NCBI GenBank assembly: GCA_049657865.1
Contig: JBASOB010000004.1
Coordinates: forward strand, 1 to 62,837
DNA from: Mobilitalea sp.
GTDB taxonomy: Bacteria; Bacillota; Clostridia; Lachnospirales; Lachnospiraceae
DNA: 62,837 bases
Direction: 5' to 3'
Shown one piece after another: positions 1 to 9,807 of this stretch (position 1 is the stretch's first letter; the number at the start of each line of letters is the position of its first letter). Under the pieces are notes generated by a model. That model was not told the origin of the DNA and ran no database searches. It saw only the letters and a list, made by a program, of their open reading frames with translations. The position numbers were made by a program, and so were the translations under genes.

Positions 1-91
1 TTCCGTCCTTATTCATTCTCCCCTTGCATAGCCCCAGATGACCTTCTTCAATCTGGCAGTGATGGGGACAAATCTCACACTGTAATTTCAT
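1..91 (-). CDS. amrS: AmmeMemoRadiSam system radical SAM enzyme, N-terminal fragment (continues off the left edge)
   Basis: Hand translation from ATG at 91 gives MKLQCEICPHHCQIEEGHLGLCKGRMNKDG, matching the CxxCPxxC...GxCxxRxN N-terminus of this family. It overlaps the amrA stop as ATGA. Not in the ORF track because it is truncated. Confidence 0.8.
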   Translation of the reverse strand, partial: MKLQCEICPHHCQIEEGHLGLCKGRMNKDG

Positions 92-1473
92 TTATGTCTC
101 ACCACCTCAAAACGCTCCATCGTAAATGGCTCGTTATCATAGATGCCGGCCTTCTTCTTAGCGATTTGAACCTGCTGTTCTATGGAGTCGACTCCTTCCA
201 GATTCGGAAGAAGAAGCCCTCTTTTATGACCGCTGTTCACGATTACGCCATAACGCTCTTCATCAAGTTCGGACATGGAGGTAATCGGTTCGGCTTCGGA
301 TAGAATATCTACGCTGTAAACAAGTTCTTCTAATTCCTCTTTTGCAACCGGAGCAAATCTCGGATCTTCTGCTGCAGCGCTTACGGCATTTCGGAGAATC
401 TCTGCTGCAATACTTTCCGTTACCGGAGATATTGTTCCAATGCATCCTCTAAGACTTCCATGTTTCTTCAAAGAGACAAAGACACCTGCTCTTTTACTGG
501 TCATTTCCTCTGGCAGGTTCTCTGGAATTTTCGCATAGTGACCTGTCTTGATATAAGTTTCCAAAGAGGTTCTGGCAAGATGGACATAAGCATCTTCACC
601 CGCTTGCTTCTCTTTTGCGATTGCCCTCTGCTTCTCTGTAAAGATCTGATCAAAGTTACGGCTTTCCTCCTGACCCGTGATTTTAAATTCACATAAGGCA
701 TAGCCTACTCCGAAAGTTCCCTCATAAGACAGAAAATCCGGTGCGACTGACTTACCACTCAAAGCTCCTGCCATTATAATAAAAGATTTAAGTCCGCATT
801 CTGCTGCCGCATCACATAGGTCCGGCGCAAATTCCAGAAATTGAAGAAAATCCCCCTTCTTCATTGCCTCAGTCACTTCTTTGTCAAAGATAGGTCCTTC
901 TTTCGCAAACCCATAGGGACCACTCTCTTTCAATTTATGAGAAAGGTCACCGCTGGCAACAAATACCACTCTTTTGTCAAGTTTCTCCGCTGTCTTTGCA
1001 ATGCACTTTCCCAGATGATAATGCTCTGTCACGGATAATCCGGACAAACCGATCCGGACTAATTTATACTCCTTAAAATATTGATTTATAAAATAGAGCG
1101 GTACCATGGTTCCATGATCCAGTCCTGCATCTTTCTCCCCTAAGGTTCCTGCCTGCATTCCCTCCCGTTCCGTAAGAGCTTCGAGTGCTTCTACAAAATC
1201 CTCATCATAGTCTACATGAAAAGCAACCTCTTTCGCTCCAAATTGTCTCAGATCACCTTTTGCTGACTTCCCCGGTGAAATATGAAAATAGTCAGAATAC
1301 ATGAGTGCATGCGGTGAGGTTAGTACGATCGTATCTGGCTTTAATGCTGCAATCCTTTTGCCCACCTCTAAATAACTATTGACTGTGTCACTAATTTTCC
1401 CTTCCTCTCCCTTTCCCACCTCAGGAATAATAATGGGAGGATGAGGAACAATAAATGCACCTACCAATGACAT
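88..1473 (-). CDS. amrA: LigB/MEMO-like domain fused to AMMECR1 domain (AmmeMemoRadiSam protein A)
   Basis: N-terminal PHPP, SPH, LDHG and ASGDLSH motifs; C-terminal GVFVSL, LRGCIGT, DPRF and GLLLP motifs. GGAGGTG precedes ATG 1473, so the start was moved from 1488. Confidence 0.88.
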   Translation of the reverse strand: MSLVGAFIVPHPPIIIPEVGKGEEGKISDTVNSYLEVGKRIAALKPDTIVLTSPHALMYSDYFHISPGKSAKGDLRQFGAKEVAFHVDYDEDFVEALEALTEREGMQAGTLGEKDAGLDHGTMVPLYFINQYFKEYKLVRIGLSGLSVTEHYHLGKCIAKTAEKLDKRVVFVASGDLSHKLKESGPYGFAKEGPIFDKEVTEAMKKGDFLQFLEFAPDLCDAAAECGLKSFIIMAGALSGKSVAPDFLSYEGTFGVGYALCEFKITGQEESRNFDQIFTEKQRAIAKEKQAGEDAYVHLARTSLETYIKTGHYAKIPENLPEEMTSKRAGVFVSLKKHGSLRGCIGTISPVTESIAAEILRNAVSAAAEDPRFAPVAKEELEELVYSVDILSEAEPITSMSELDEERYGVIVNSGHKRGLLLPNLEGVDSIEQQVQIAKKKAGIYDNEPFTMERFEVVRHK

Positions 1474-1903
1474 AAAAATCACCTCCATGAGTGAATCAAC
1501 TTATACACCACCAGAATAATTTTTCCGTCTCTACTTATTGTTTGCGCTAAGTTATTTTATGAAATCTTATATTCTCATTATATGCATATTTCAAATAATA
1601 ATAAAGAGGTATTATTGTCCACGAAAGAAATTTGATCCGATTTGTTTATTTCATAACAAACAGATACCCTTCAAATATTTTTTTGTTTTGCTAAATATTT
1701 ATAATCTATTACTAACTCTCCCATTTGGACGCAGAATAACATATTTTGCCTTTGAGCATTATTCACAAATTTTATAGGGTAAGTAAGGGTGTTTTTTAAG
1801 CTATTTGTCAAACAACAATGTCTTTTTACTCAGTATTTAGTATTTAATATCACCCTTTTACATTTATTGCTTAAATTGTGCTATCTTTTGACAATTATTT
1901 TAG

Positions 1904-1932
1904 TTGACTTTAAAAATATCCTATGCTATCTT
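1904..1932 (+). promoter_or_regulatory. Putative sigma-A promoter of abrB
   Basis: TTGACT-17 bp-TATCTT with a TGn extended -10. Confidence 0.5.
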
Positions 1933-2036
1933 AATAAATGCTAAATACAAATAATGTAAGTTGAGTTTACCCTCATTTTCATTAATTTAGCATTCTATTT
2001 TATTCCCCAATACACTTGAGAAAAGGAGGCCTATCT

Positions 2037-2294
2037 ATGAAAAGTACAGGCATAGTAAGAAGACTTGATGAGCTCGGAAGAATTACTCTTCCAATCGAAT
2101 TAAGAAGAACGCTTGATGTAAGTGAAAGAGATCCATTAGAAATTTTCGTTGATGAAGGAAGAATTATCCTTCAAAAGTATGAACCTACCGATATCTTTAA
2201 CGGTAACAAAGACAATCTTTTAGAATATCAAGGAAAGAAAATCTCTAAGGACACCATCGTAGAACTTGCAAAACTTGCAGGCATTATCGAGTAA
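2037..2294 (+). CDS. abrB: AbrB/SpoVT-family transition-state regulator
   Basis: MKSTGIVRRLDELGRITLPIELRRTL signature; AAAGGAGG before ATG 2037; convergent with the rsmI block as in Bacillus. Confidence 0.9.
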   Translation: MKSTGIVRRLDELGRITLPIELRRTLDVSERDPLEIFVDEGRIILQKYEPTDIFNGNKDNLLEYQGKKISKDTIVELAKLAGIIE

Positions 2295-2340
2295 TTTTAA
2301 ACCCATAGAATAATAAAATATGCGTCTTTGCCTGACGCAT

Positions 2341-2372
2341 AAAGAGCCTGTCACATTCGTGACAGGCTCTTT
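2341..2372. terminator. Bidirectional rho-independent terminator
   Basis: Perfect hairpin AAAGAGCCTGTCAC-ATTC-GTGACAGGCTCTTT between convergent genes. Confidence 0.85.
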
Positions 2373-2412
2373 ATATTTATCTTAAATATCAGAAAATCTT
2401 GTGTTACTACTT

Positions 2413-3960
2413 TTATTTGTCAATCATAAAGGAGGTTACTCCCCATAACGTATAAGGCTTCACATAATATAACTCTTCCGTTTTAATATCACCCTTTTCT
2501 ATCGCACCGATTGCATACTCTTCCTCTGAGGAAGAAGTAATCCGCGAATATAATTCCGCCATCGGCATCGGGATTCCCTGTGCTGCTCTGTATTTAACTT
2601 TTTGCGTTTCTGCTCCATTCGCATAAAACAGTTTATACATCGTACCGTTTTCTAATGCATTATAATAGGTTCCCTCTGTTACTGTCTGGCTGATATAACT
2701 TACCGAATCCTCTCCAAGTAAAGTAGCGACTTCCACCGTCTTTCCTACACCGTTTGGTATGCCATTACTCCACTCTCCCTCATAGTAATAATATTCCCTC
2801 GCAGAATCATCTCTCGTTAGCGTAAAATAAGTTCCGATTCCCTTTCGAATTCCACTTTCAATCCTTCCATAGTAAACGTTTTCGCTATCTACAATAATCA
2901 TCATCTCTTTATTGACCTGGTTTTGTATTCCAATATTATAATAAATCGGCGGATCCTTCACTATTGTTTTGGTAAACAGATCCATATTCATTATTTCGAT
3001 TACCGTATTATAATCAGCGTTTTCAAATGCCTGGTAAAGATTCAGAAGCAATTTTTCCTTGTCGTCTTCTTCTTGTTTCAATTGGTCTGCTTCCTGCAAT
3101 AAGTCTTCCAGAAGATTACTTTTCACGGTCTTAACTGCATTCCGAAGAAAAATGGCTGCCTGTTCGTAGTCTTTGCGGGATAGATATACCTCAGCGATTC
3201 CATTATAAGCTTCTGCCTCTTTGGGCAGTAGTACAATTGCTTCTTGATATTTTGCAATCCCATCTTCATAATTTTCCTGACAGATAAAATCTTTTGCTTC
3301 GGCAAGGATGCTTTCATACTGTTCTTCGTGAAGATGATAATCTACCATTGCTAAGGTGTCTTCTAACAGTTCATTGTGTGTTAGTTCCTGTCCTTCTAGT
3401 ACTTCTTCCCGAGCCAGATCATATTTGCCTTGTTTTACATATGCCTCTGCAATTTTCTGATAGGAGGTAATTTCGTCATTTTTGATTTCTTTTGCTTTTT
3501 CATATTCTATAATCGCTCTGTCATATTCTTCATTTAAAAAATAAACGTCTGCACGCGAAATAGACTGAAGGTATTCATATTCCGTTTTTGCGGAAGTGAC
3601 CTCTTCAATCTTTTCTTTAATTTCCATCTCGGATGATTTCTGGTAACGTGAACGCAATGCTTCTAATGCTTTGTCGTAATCGTTTAAGCCAAGGTATGCA
3701 TCTGTCAACCCAATCGTTAATTGTTTTAATTCGCTACCCTTCATCGACATTGCATTTAGATAACTTTCTACTGCCTGCTCATAATTACCTGTTTGTAAGT
3801 ACTCCTCTGCCTCTACTACCTGTTCCTTGTACTGTTTTCGTTCTGAGAAATTGATTAGCACAATAATAGTAACTAGTAAAATGATCAGCCCCAGAAGTAT
3901 GCGTAAAGTTTTTCCCTCTTTTGTTTGATAACCCCCATGCAAAATCTCTTTCACCTCCAA
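2413..3960 (-). CDS. Membrane-anchored TPR-repeat protein with C-terminal MORN-like repeats
   Basis: One N-terminal TM helix, many TPR helices, and YYGRIESGIRKGIG / YEGEWSNGIPNGVG MORN-like motifs. The true start may be TTG 3942, which follows GGAGGTG. Confidence 0.7.
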   Translation of the reverse strand: MEVKEILHGGYQTKEGKTLRILLGLIILLVTIIVLINFSERKQYKEQVVEAEEYLQTGNYEQAVESYLNAMSMKGSELKQLTIGLTDAYLGLNDYDKALEALRSRYQKSSEMEIKEKIEEVTSAKTEYEYLQSISRADVYFLNEEYDRAIIEYEKAKEIKNDEITSYQKIAEAYVKQGKYDLAREEVLEGQELTHNELLEDTLAMVDYHLHEEQYESILAEAKDFICQENYEDGIAKYQEAIVLLPKEAEAYNGIAEVYLSRKDYEQAAIFLRNAVKTVKSNLLEDLLQEADQLKQEEDDKEKLLLNLYQAFENADYNTVIEIMNMDLFTKTIVKDPPIYYNIGIQNQVNKEMMIIVDSENVYYGRIESGIRKGIGTYFTLTRDDSAREYYYYEGEWSNGIPNGVGKTVEVATLLGEDSVSYISQTVTEGTYYNALENGTMYKLFYANGAETQKVKYRAAQGIPMPMAELYSRITSSSEEEYAIGAIEKGDIKTEELYYVKPYTLWGVTSFMIDK

Positions 3961-3967
3961 AAGACAG

Positions 3968-4828
3968 TTACCTCTTCTCCTCTTGACCCTCTTTAATAAG
4001 CATCTGATAAATATCTCGCCTGCTTATTCCCCGATCTTTCGCAACCATTTTCATTGCTTCTTTTTTCTCCAGCCCCTTGTCAAGATATAGCTGCATATGT
4101 TCTGTTAAAGCAATCGCTTCCCACTGCTCCTGCTTTTCCTCTGCCATTTCCTGCGGTGACCTTCCCTCTAATACCAATACATATTCACCTCTTGGTTCAA
4201 GTACTACATATGTAGTAACGGCCGCCGATAAAGTTGTCTGCAAAATGGTTTCATATCTCTTAGTCAGTTCTCTGGTAATCGTAATCGGTCGGTCTCCAAG
4301 TGCCTCTAACAGCTCGCGCAGAGTTTTACTCAGTCGATGAGGTGCTTCATATAATACAATGGTTCTGGTATCCAATTTCATTTCTTCCAGAACCCTCTGT
4401 TTTTCTTTTTTATCCGTTGGTAAAAAGGCTTCAAAACTAAATCGTCTTGTAGAAAGACCCGATAAAGTAAGTGCCGTTATTGCTGCGCATGCACCCGGAA
4501 GAGAAGTAACCTCGATTCCTGCCGCATATGCCTGTCTAACCAGTTCTTCTCCCGGATCTGATATGCCGGGTGTTCCAGCATCCGTGATTAATGCTATATT
4601 TATACCTGACAACAGCTTTTCCACCAGAATTACGGCTTTCTCCACCTTGTTAAATTCATGGTAGCTGGTCATTGGTGTCTTAATATCCAAATGATTCAGC
4701 AACTTAATACTGTGCCTTGTATCCTCCGCTGCAATTAGGTCTACTTCTTTCAACGTCCGAACCACGCGAAAGGTAATATCCTCTAAATTTCCGATTGGAG
4801 TCGCACATAAATACAAAATACCGGACAT
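3968..4828 (-). CDS. rsmI: 16S rRNA (cytidine1402-2'-O)-methyltransferase
   Basis: LYLCATPIGNLEDIT, AAEDTR, DAGTPGISDPG, YEAPHR, RELTK. Confidence 0.95.
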   Translation of the reverse strand: MSGILYLCATPIGNLEDITFRVVRTLKEVDLIAAEDTRHSIKLLNHLDIKTPMTSYHEFNKVEKAVILVEKLLSGINIALITDAGTPGISDPGEELVRQAYAAGIEVTSLPGACAAITALTLSGLSTRRFSFEAFLPTDKKEKQRVLEEMKLDTRTIVLYEAPHRLSKTLRELLEALGDRPITITRELTKRYETILQTTLSAAVTTYVVLEPRGEYVLVLEGRSPQEMAEEKQEQWEAIALTEHMQLYLDKGLEKKEAMKMVAKDRGISRRDIYQMLIKEGQEEKR

Positions 4829-4942
4829 ATCTACGTCCCTTCCATCAAATTACGATTCAAGTTTTCACAAATTCCAATTGATCTATCCTATTTTCGAATT
4901 AAATTCACGGATTCAAACAAGGTATCACTTTTTGGGGCTACC

Positions 4943-5704
4943 TTAATATCCATAAATGTCATAGATTTCATCTGTATATACCTTCGGTTCTTTATATACG
5001 ATCAAGGGAGCTTCCATTTTAAGCATCGATTTCGCACCCTTCACGCATTCAATCAGAACCATGTTAGGCTCTTTATCCACATAAGGATACACTAGTTTCA
5101 TCCGCTTCGGTTCAAGCTTATATGCCGTTAACGTATTGATAATCTCCACAAGACGGAACGGACGATGGACAAGATAAAACCTTCCGTTCGGCTTAAGTAC
5201 CTTGCTGGCTTCACGAATCACATCGTCTAAGGAACACAACAGTTCATGACGCGCAATTGCTTTAGCTGCTTCAGGATTCACAAGCCCATGGCTATGATTC
5301 ATATAAGGCGGGTTACTGGTAACCACATCAAAAGAGGCCAATCCAAAAAGAGAGGAAGCTTCTTTAATATCGCCGGTTACAATCTCAATTTTACTCTCCT
5401 GCTGATTAAGGGCAACACTACGTCTCGCCATATCAGCACTTTCTGCCTGTATCTCAAGGCCTGTAAAATGTTCCCCAGGCGTTTTGGCTTCTAAGAGGAT
5501 GGGTATAATTCCAGTTCCGGTACCAAGATCCAGCACTTTTTCTTTGGGAAGGACCTTGGCAAATCCCGATAGAAGAACTGCATCCATACCAAAGCAGAAT
5601 TTCTTTGTGTTCTGTATAATACGGTAATTATTTCGATGGAGGTCATCAATCCGCTCGTCCTGCTTCAATTCCTTCTCCATGGTCTCCTTATTATTCATCA
5701 TCAA
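4943..5704 (-). CDS. yabB: tRNA1(Val) adenine-N6 methyltransferase (YabB/YfiC family)
   Basis: FGMDAVLL, VLDLGTGTG, SNPPY, ARHE; conserved position between yaaT and rsmI. Confidence 0.88.
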   Translation of the reverse strand: MMMNNKETMEKELKQDERIDDLHRNNYRIIQNTKKFCFGMDAVLLSGFAKVLPKEKVLDLGTGTGIIPILLEAKTPGEHFTGLEIQAESADMARRSVALNQQESKIEIVTGDIKEASSLFGLASFDVVTSNPPYMNHSHGLVNPEAAKAIARHELLCSLDDVIREASKVLKPNGRFYLVHRPFRLVEIINTLTAYKLEPKRMKLVYPYVDKEPNMVLIECVKGAKSMLKMEAPLIVYKEPKVYTDEIYDIYGY

Positions 5705-6605
5705 GCAAAGACTTTCCTTCCTTCTTCTCTAAAAGCTCTAATTTTCTTAATTCTTCATCTTCTACAGAAGCACTCCTGTCTTTCCGTTTCTTCAATTTGA
5801 AGTGAAGATCTTCCACTTTATATTCACGAACTTCTTTTTCATCTCGTTCTAGGACTACAATCACTTTAACTACCTGTTTGAGGACACTGACACTTTGTAC
5901 TTCACCTTTTAAATTATCATTGGTTGTGACAGAATCACCGACATTCGGCAACTTACTGTTTAAATCCTCATATGCTTCTTCCTCGTTCTTCAGACAGCAC
6001 ATTAATCTTCCGCAGACACCGGAAATCTTAGTCGGATTCAAAGATAAATTCTGCTCTTTTGCCATCTTAATCGATACCGGTGCAAACTCTGACAAGAAGG
6101 TATTGCAGCAAAGCGGCCTACCACAGATACCGATGCCTCCAACGATTTTGGTCTCGTCCCTTACACCGATCTGACGAAGTTCAATACGGGTTTTGAATAC
6201 GGAAGCCAAATCCTTTACTAATTCTCTAAAATCAATTCTTCCATCCGCAGTAAAATAGAATAACACCTTATTGTTGTCAAAGGTATACTCAGAATCGATT
6301 AATTTCATTTCCAGGTTATGTTTTTTTATCTTTTCAAGACAAATCGTGAATGCCTCTTTTTCTTTTTCTTTATTTTTCTTTTCTGTCGCAATATCTTCCT
6401 CGGTAGCCTGGCGGATGACCGGCTTTAGAGGCTGGATTATCTTGTCGTCTTCGACATCTCTCGGTCCGAGCACAACGCCACCGAACTCAATTCCTCTGGC
6501 TGTCTCTACAATTACCTTGTCACCTTGTTTAATATCATAACCTGCAGGATCAAAGAAATATACTTTTCCTGCACTTCGAAATCTTACCCCTATTACATTA
6601 ACCAT
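5691..6605 (-). CDS. yaaT: PSP1/YaaT (RicT) family protein
   Basis: RIDFRELVKDLA, RIELRQIGVRDE, GICGRPLCC, ISGVCGRLMCCL. Confidence 0.93.
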   Translation of the reverse strand: MVNVIGVRFRSAGKVYFFDPAGYDIKQGDKVIVETARGIEFGGVVLGPRDVEDDKIIQPLKPVIRQATEEDIATEKKNKEKEKEAFTICLEKIKKHNLEMKLIDSEYTFDNNKVLFYFTADGRIDFRELVKDLASVFKTRIELRQIGVRDETKIVGGIGICGRPLCCNTFLSEFAPVSIKMAKEQNLSLNPTKISGVCGRLMCCLKNEEEAYEDLNSKLPNVGDSVTTNDNLKGEVQSVSVLKQVVKVIVVLERDEKEVREYKVEDLHFKLKKRKDRSASVEDEELRKLELLEKKEGKSLLDDE

Positions 6606-7593
6606 TACTGTTCTCCTTTATCGTAAGTAGCATAAGTTCAATTGCGATGTCAAAGTTTACGTTAGCTTTCAGTCTGATTTTTGCTTTTTCCATCGCACTT
6701 ATTATTTTTTCGAGTCCTTCATAACTTCTAGTATTGGCCTGTTTCCTGATAAAGCTTAATTCTTCCTTGTATAACAAGAGATTTGGATCCGTGGTTGCTT
6801 TATACATCAGCACATCGCGGTACCATAAAATCATCAGGTCGATGTAATCTTCAATCGAAGCTTTATTGGCACTCAGTGTTTTAAGACCGGATATCACTTC
6901 GTATAATTCCATCTCATCGATATATTTTAAAATATGCAGTACATTTCCTCTGATCAGTTCAAATTCTTCCGAGGAGGCATACTTAATTGCTTTTCCTACA
7001 TTGCCGCTTGAAAACGCGGAAGCCATTTCCGCTTTATAATCCGGAATATGATGAACTTCCATCAAAAAATCTTTTATGATCTGTTTATCTACCGGTTTCA
7101 GATTGAGCAATACACACCGAGAAAGAATGGTCGGCAGTATCACATTGATATTATTCACTAGAAGTAAGATAACCGCATATTCCGGTGGCTCCTCCAAAGT
7201 TTTTAGCAACGCATTCTGAGCCTGTTCCGTCATTTTATCTGCAGCATCAATGATATATATTTTATAAGGACTCTGATAGGGTTTAATCTGAATATCCCCG
7301 TTCACTTGTAATCTGATATCATCTACGCCGATACTTACCTTCTCATGTGTCACACGGATTATGTCCGGATGATTGTCTGTATCTGACTGCATACAGGACT
7401 GACAGTGATTGCAGGGCAAAATTCCGCCTTCCGCGCACTGCAGCGTTTTTGCAAATATTCTTGCCAGCAGTTTCTTTCCCATTCCTTCTTCTCCATGTAA
7501 AATGTATGCATGAGAAACTTTTTGGGAAGTAATTGCATTCTGTAAATGCTCTATTATGCTTTCATGACCGATAATTTGTCCAAATCCTTGCAT
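6598..7593 (-). CDS. holB: DNA polymerase III delta-prime subunit
   Basis: SHAY, GEEGMGK, Zn cysteines, HPD, AQNALLKTLEEPP, LPTILSRC. Confidence 0.93.
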   Translation of the reverse strand: MQGFGQIIGHESIIEHLQNAITSQKVSHAYILHGEEGMGKKLLARIFAKTLQCAEGGILPCNHCQSCMQSDTDNHPDIIRVTHEKVSIGVDDIRLQVNGDIQIKPYQSPYKIYIIDAADKMTEQAQNALLKTLEEPPEYAVILLLVNNINVILPTILSRCVLLNLKPVDKQIIKDFLMEVHHIPDYKAEMASAFSSGNVGKAIKYASSEEFELIRGNVLHILKYIDEMELYEVISGLKTLSANKASIEDYIDLMILWYRDVLMYKATTDPNLLLYKEELSFIRKQANTRSYEGLEKIISAMEKAKIRLKANVNFDIAIELMLLTIKENSNG

Positions 7594-7703
7594 TCCATCA
7601 CCCTCTATTCTAATGTCTTACCAACCCAGAAGCTAAAATTCCTTCTAAAGTCATACACTGTCTTTCAGGTCAGGAATCGACCTTTTCGTTATCACATCAA
7701 CTG

Positions 7704-8144
7704 TTAGGTCAATAGATCGAGTAACAGTCCTCGAATTTCATCTATCTTACTGAGAATAACCAAATTATCCTTCTCGTCTTTAATTAATTCTGCCGCTAAA
7801 TCATCCAAGTTTTTATCTACTAATTTAATCATTGTGTAAACACGGTGCCTGCCCTTTTTATCCAAGAAGTTCTCCCTGGAAAACTTATGGGAATGATTGA
7901 CGATTTCATTCATGAAGTCCTTGATCAGTTCCCTGTAATGCTTCATGTCCCTTACATCCATATGTTTTGAAAGTTTTTTACCTTGGGAGGAAATCTCATT
8001 CAACATTACGTTAAGTCTATTTTGCAGATCCTGTTCTTCTATATTGGAAATCAAGGTAAATTTAAAAGAGCCATCTGATTCAGGCACCGGTGCTTTTTGT
8101 TCTATCTGATTAATTGCTTGCATCTGATTTACTTTAATATCCAT
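7704..8144 (-). CDS. yaaR: YaaR/DUF327 family protein
   Basis: C-terminal [11 protein letters not shown]; position upstream of holB; GGAG precedes ATG 8144. Confidence 0.85.
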   Translation of the reverse strand: MDIKVNQMQAINQIEQKAPVPESDGSFKFTLISNIEEQDLQNRLNVMLNEISSQGKKLSKHMDVRDMKHYRELIKDFMNEIVNHSHKFSRENFLDKKGRHRVYTMIKLVDKNLDDLAAELIKDEKDNLVILSKIDEIRGLLLDLLT

Positions 8145-8272
8145 ATAAATCTTGTCTCCATTCCATATAACGGCAACTGGCGATATAAAAAGATGATAAC
8201 TAATACAGTACACGTACGTATTACTTATCTATCTGCCTTGCATATGCACGAATATTATAGCATACTCTTCCT

Positions 8273-8866
8273 TTAGTTAAAAGTAATATTTTTGATGTCC
8301 TGGATGATCTCATAGAGACAGATGTTGATGTCCAGATTTTTATATTTCTTCGTAATACCGTTCTTTTGAAGATTCTCTTCCGAGAAGTCTTCTTCATCCG
8401 CAAGATATCTTCTGCACATCTCGGCATATTTCGGTTCTTCCTGTTTCTGTTCTCTCTTAAGTGCTCTGAACAGGCGTACTCCGTCTTCTACTTCCAGGTA
8501 AATCGGAACCACTTGGTCTCTTCCATAGTATCTGCTTATCTGTGCATAAGTTTCCAAGGTTCCTATCATTAAATAATCTGCTTTGGCAAGATTAATCTGT
8601 CCGTCATTCACGGTAAAATAGTGCCAGGTTCCGTGTATGGTATCATAGGAGCGATGTTCAATAATCTTATTTTCTTCCTGTAGCTTTGTTAAAGTTTCCT
8701 CATCCACGAAACGGTATTCCACACCCTCCACTTCGGAACTTCTGATTGGCCTGGTGGTATACATGACGGCTGTCTTAAGCTGTAATTCCTCTGTCTCTAA
8801 AAGTCTCTTATATATCGTGTCCTTACCGGTTGCACTTTTACCCATGACAATAAATATCCTAGCCAT
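8273..8866 (-). CDS. Guanylate kinase-like NMP kinase
   Basis: P-loop GKSATGKDT and YTTRPIR..E..G..Y.F nucleotide-binding motif. Confidence 0.8.
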   Translation of the reverse strand: MARIFIVMGKSATGKDTIYKRLLETEELQLKTAVMYTTRPIRSSEVEGVEYRFVDEETLTKLQEENKIIEHRSYDTIHGTWHYFTVNDGQINLAKADYLMIGTLETYAQISRYYGRDQVVPIYLEVEDGVRLFRALKREQKQEEPKYAEMCRRYLADEEDFSEENLQKNGITKKYKNLDINICLYEIIQDIKNITFN

Positions 8867-8953
8867 CTTTTATACCCTTTCCTTGTCTTTCTTCTCACTC
8901 TATCAATATATAACAAATGATACTGAAGCACAAGTTTCCTGTCTTTTTCTTTC

Positions 8954-8995
8954 AAAAAAAAATTTTCTCTCAAAGAATTTTTCTCTGAGAGAAAA
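8954..8995 (-). terminator. Terminator of the ABC operon
   Basis: TTTTCTCTCA...TGAGAGAAAA stem followed by a U-tract on the minus strand. Confidence 0.6.
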
Positions 8996-9011
8996 GTCTC
9001 TTGTGTAATCT

Positions 9012-9806
9012 CTATGATAACAGCATCCGATCATTCGCAAATTCTCCGCCGCTGGCAAGTTCGAATTTCGCAAGTAAATCGCTGACGTGCAGGTTCTTCT
9101 TCTCTTCGCCGGCAATATCATAAATAATCTTGCCCTCATACATCATGATTAAACGGTTTCCGTATTGAATTGCATTTTTCATATTATGCGTGACCATCAA
9201 TGCAGTTAAGTGATTTTCCGCAATAATATGCTCGGACAGTTCAAGAACCTTGCTTGCTGTCTTTGGGTCCAGTGCTGCCGTATGTTCATCTAAGAGTAGA
9301 AGTTTCGGTTGCTGCAGCGTTGCCATAAGCAAGGTGAGTGCCTGTCTCTGCCCGCCGGACAATAACCCGACTTTCGCATTCAGTCTTGTCTCAAGCCCTA
9401 AATCAAGCATTTTTAATTTTTCAACGTATATCTCTTTTTCTTCCTTCGTAATTCCCCAACCGAAACCACGTTTCTTGCCTCGGCGATAAGCTAGCGCAAG
9501 GTTTTCCTCTATCTCCATGCTGGCTGCGGTCCCCATCATAGGATCCTGAAATACTCTGCCTAAATATTTTGCTCTGATGTGCTCCGGCATCATGGTGATA
9601 TTTTCACCGTCTAACGTAATGGAGCCCTGATCTGGGAAATGTACTCCGGCAATCATATTCAGCATCGTTGATTTACCGGCACCATTGCCTCCGATGACGG
9701 TAACAAAATCGCCGTCATTTAGAATGAGGTTAAGTCCCTGCAATACTATTTTCTCATTTACCGTATTGGGATTAAAGGTTTTATATATATTTTTCATCTC
9801 CAGCAT
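9012..9806 (-). CDS. ABC transporter ATP-binding protein (TrpXYZ-type)
   Basis: GGNGAGKST, LSGGQRQ, LLLDEHTAALDP. Confidence 0.9.
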   Translation of the reverse strand: MLEMKNIYKTFNPNTVNEKIVLQGLNLILNDGDFVTVIGGNGAGKSTMLNMIAGVHFPDQGSITLDGENITMMPEHIRAKYLGRVFQDPMMGTAASMEIEENLALAYRRGKKRGFGWGITKEEKEIYVEKLKMLDLGLETRLNAKVGLLSGGQRQALTLLMATLQQPKLLLLDEHTAALDPKTASKVLELSEHIIAENHLTALMVTHNMKNAIQYGNRLIMMYEGKIIYDIAGEEKKNLHVSDLLAKFELASGGEFANDRMLLS

Positions 9807-9807
9807 T

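Noticed and set aside
1800..1900. Spo0A boxes upstream of abrB (TGTCAAA, TTTGACA)
   Set aside because: Each mismatches TGNCGAA and is expected by chance in AT-rich DNA.
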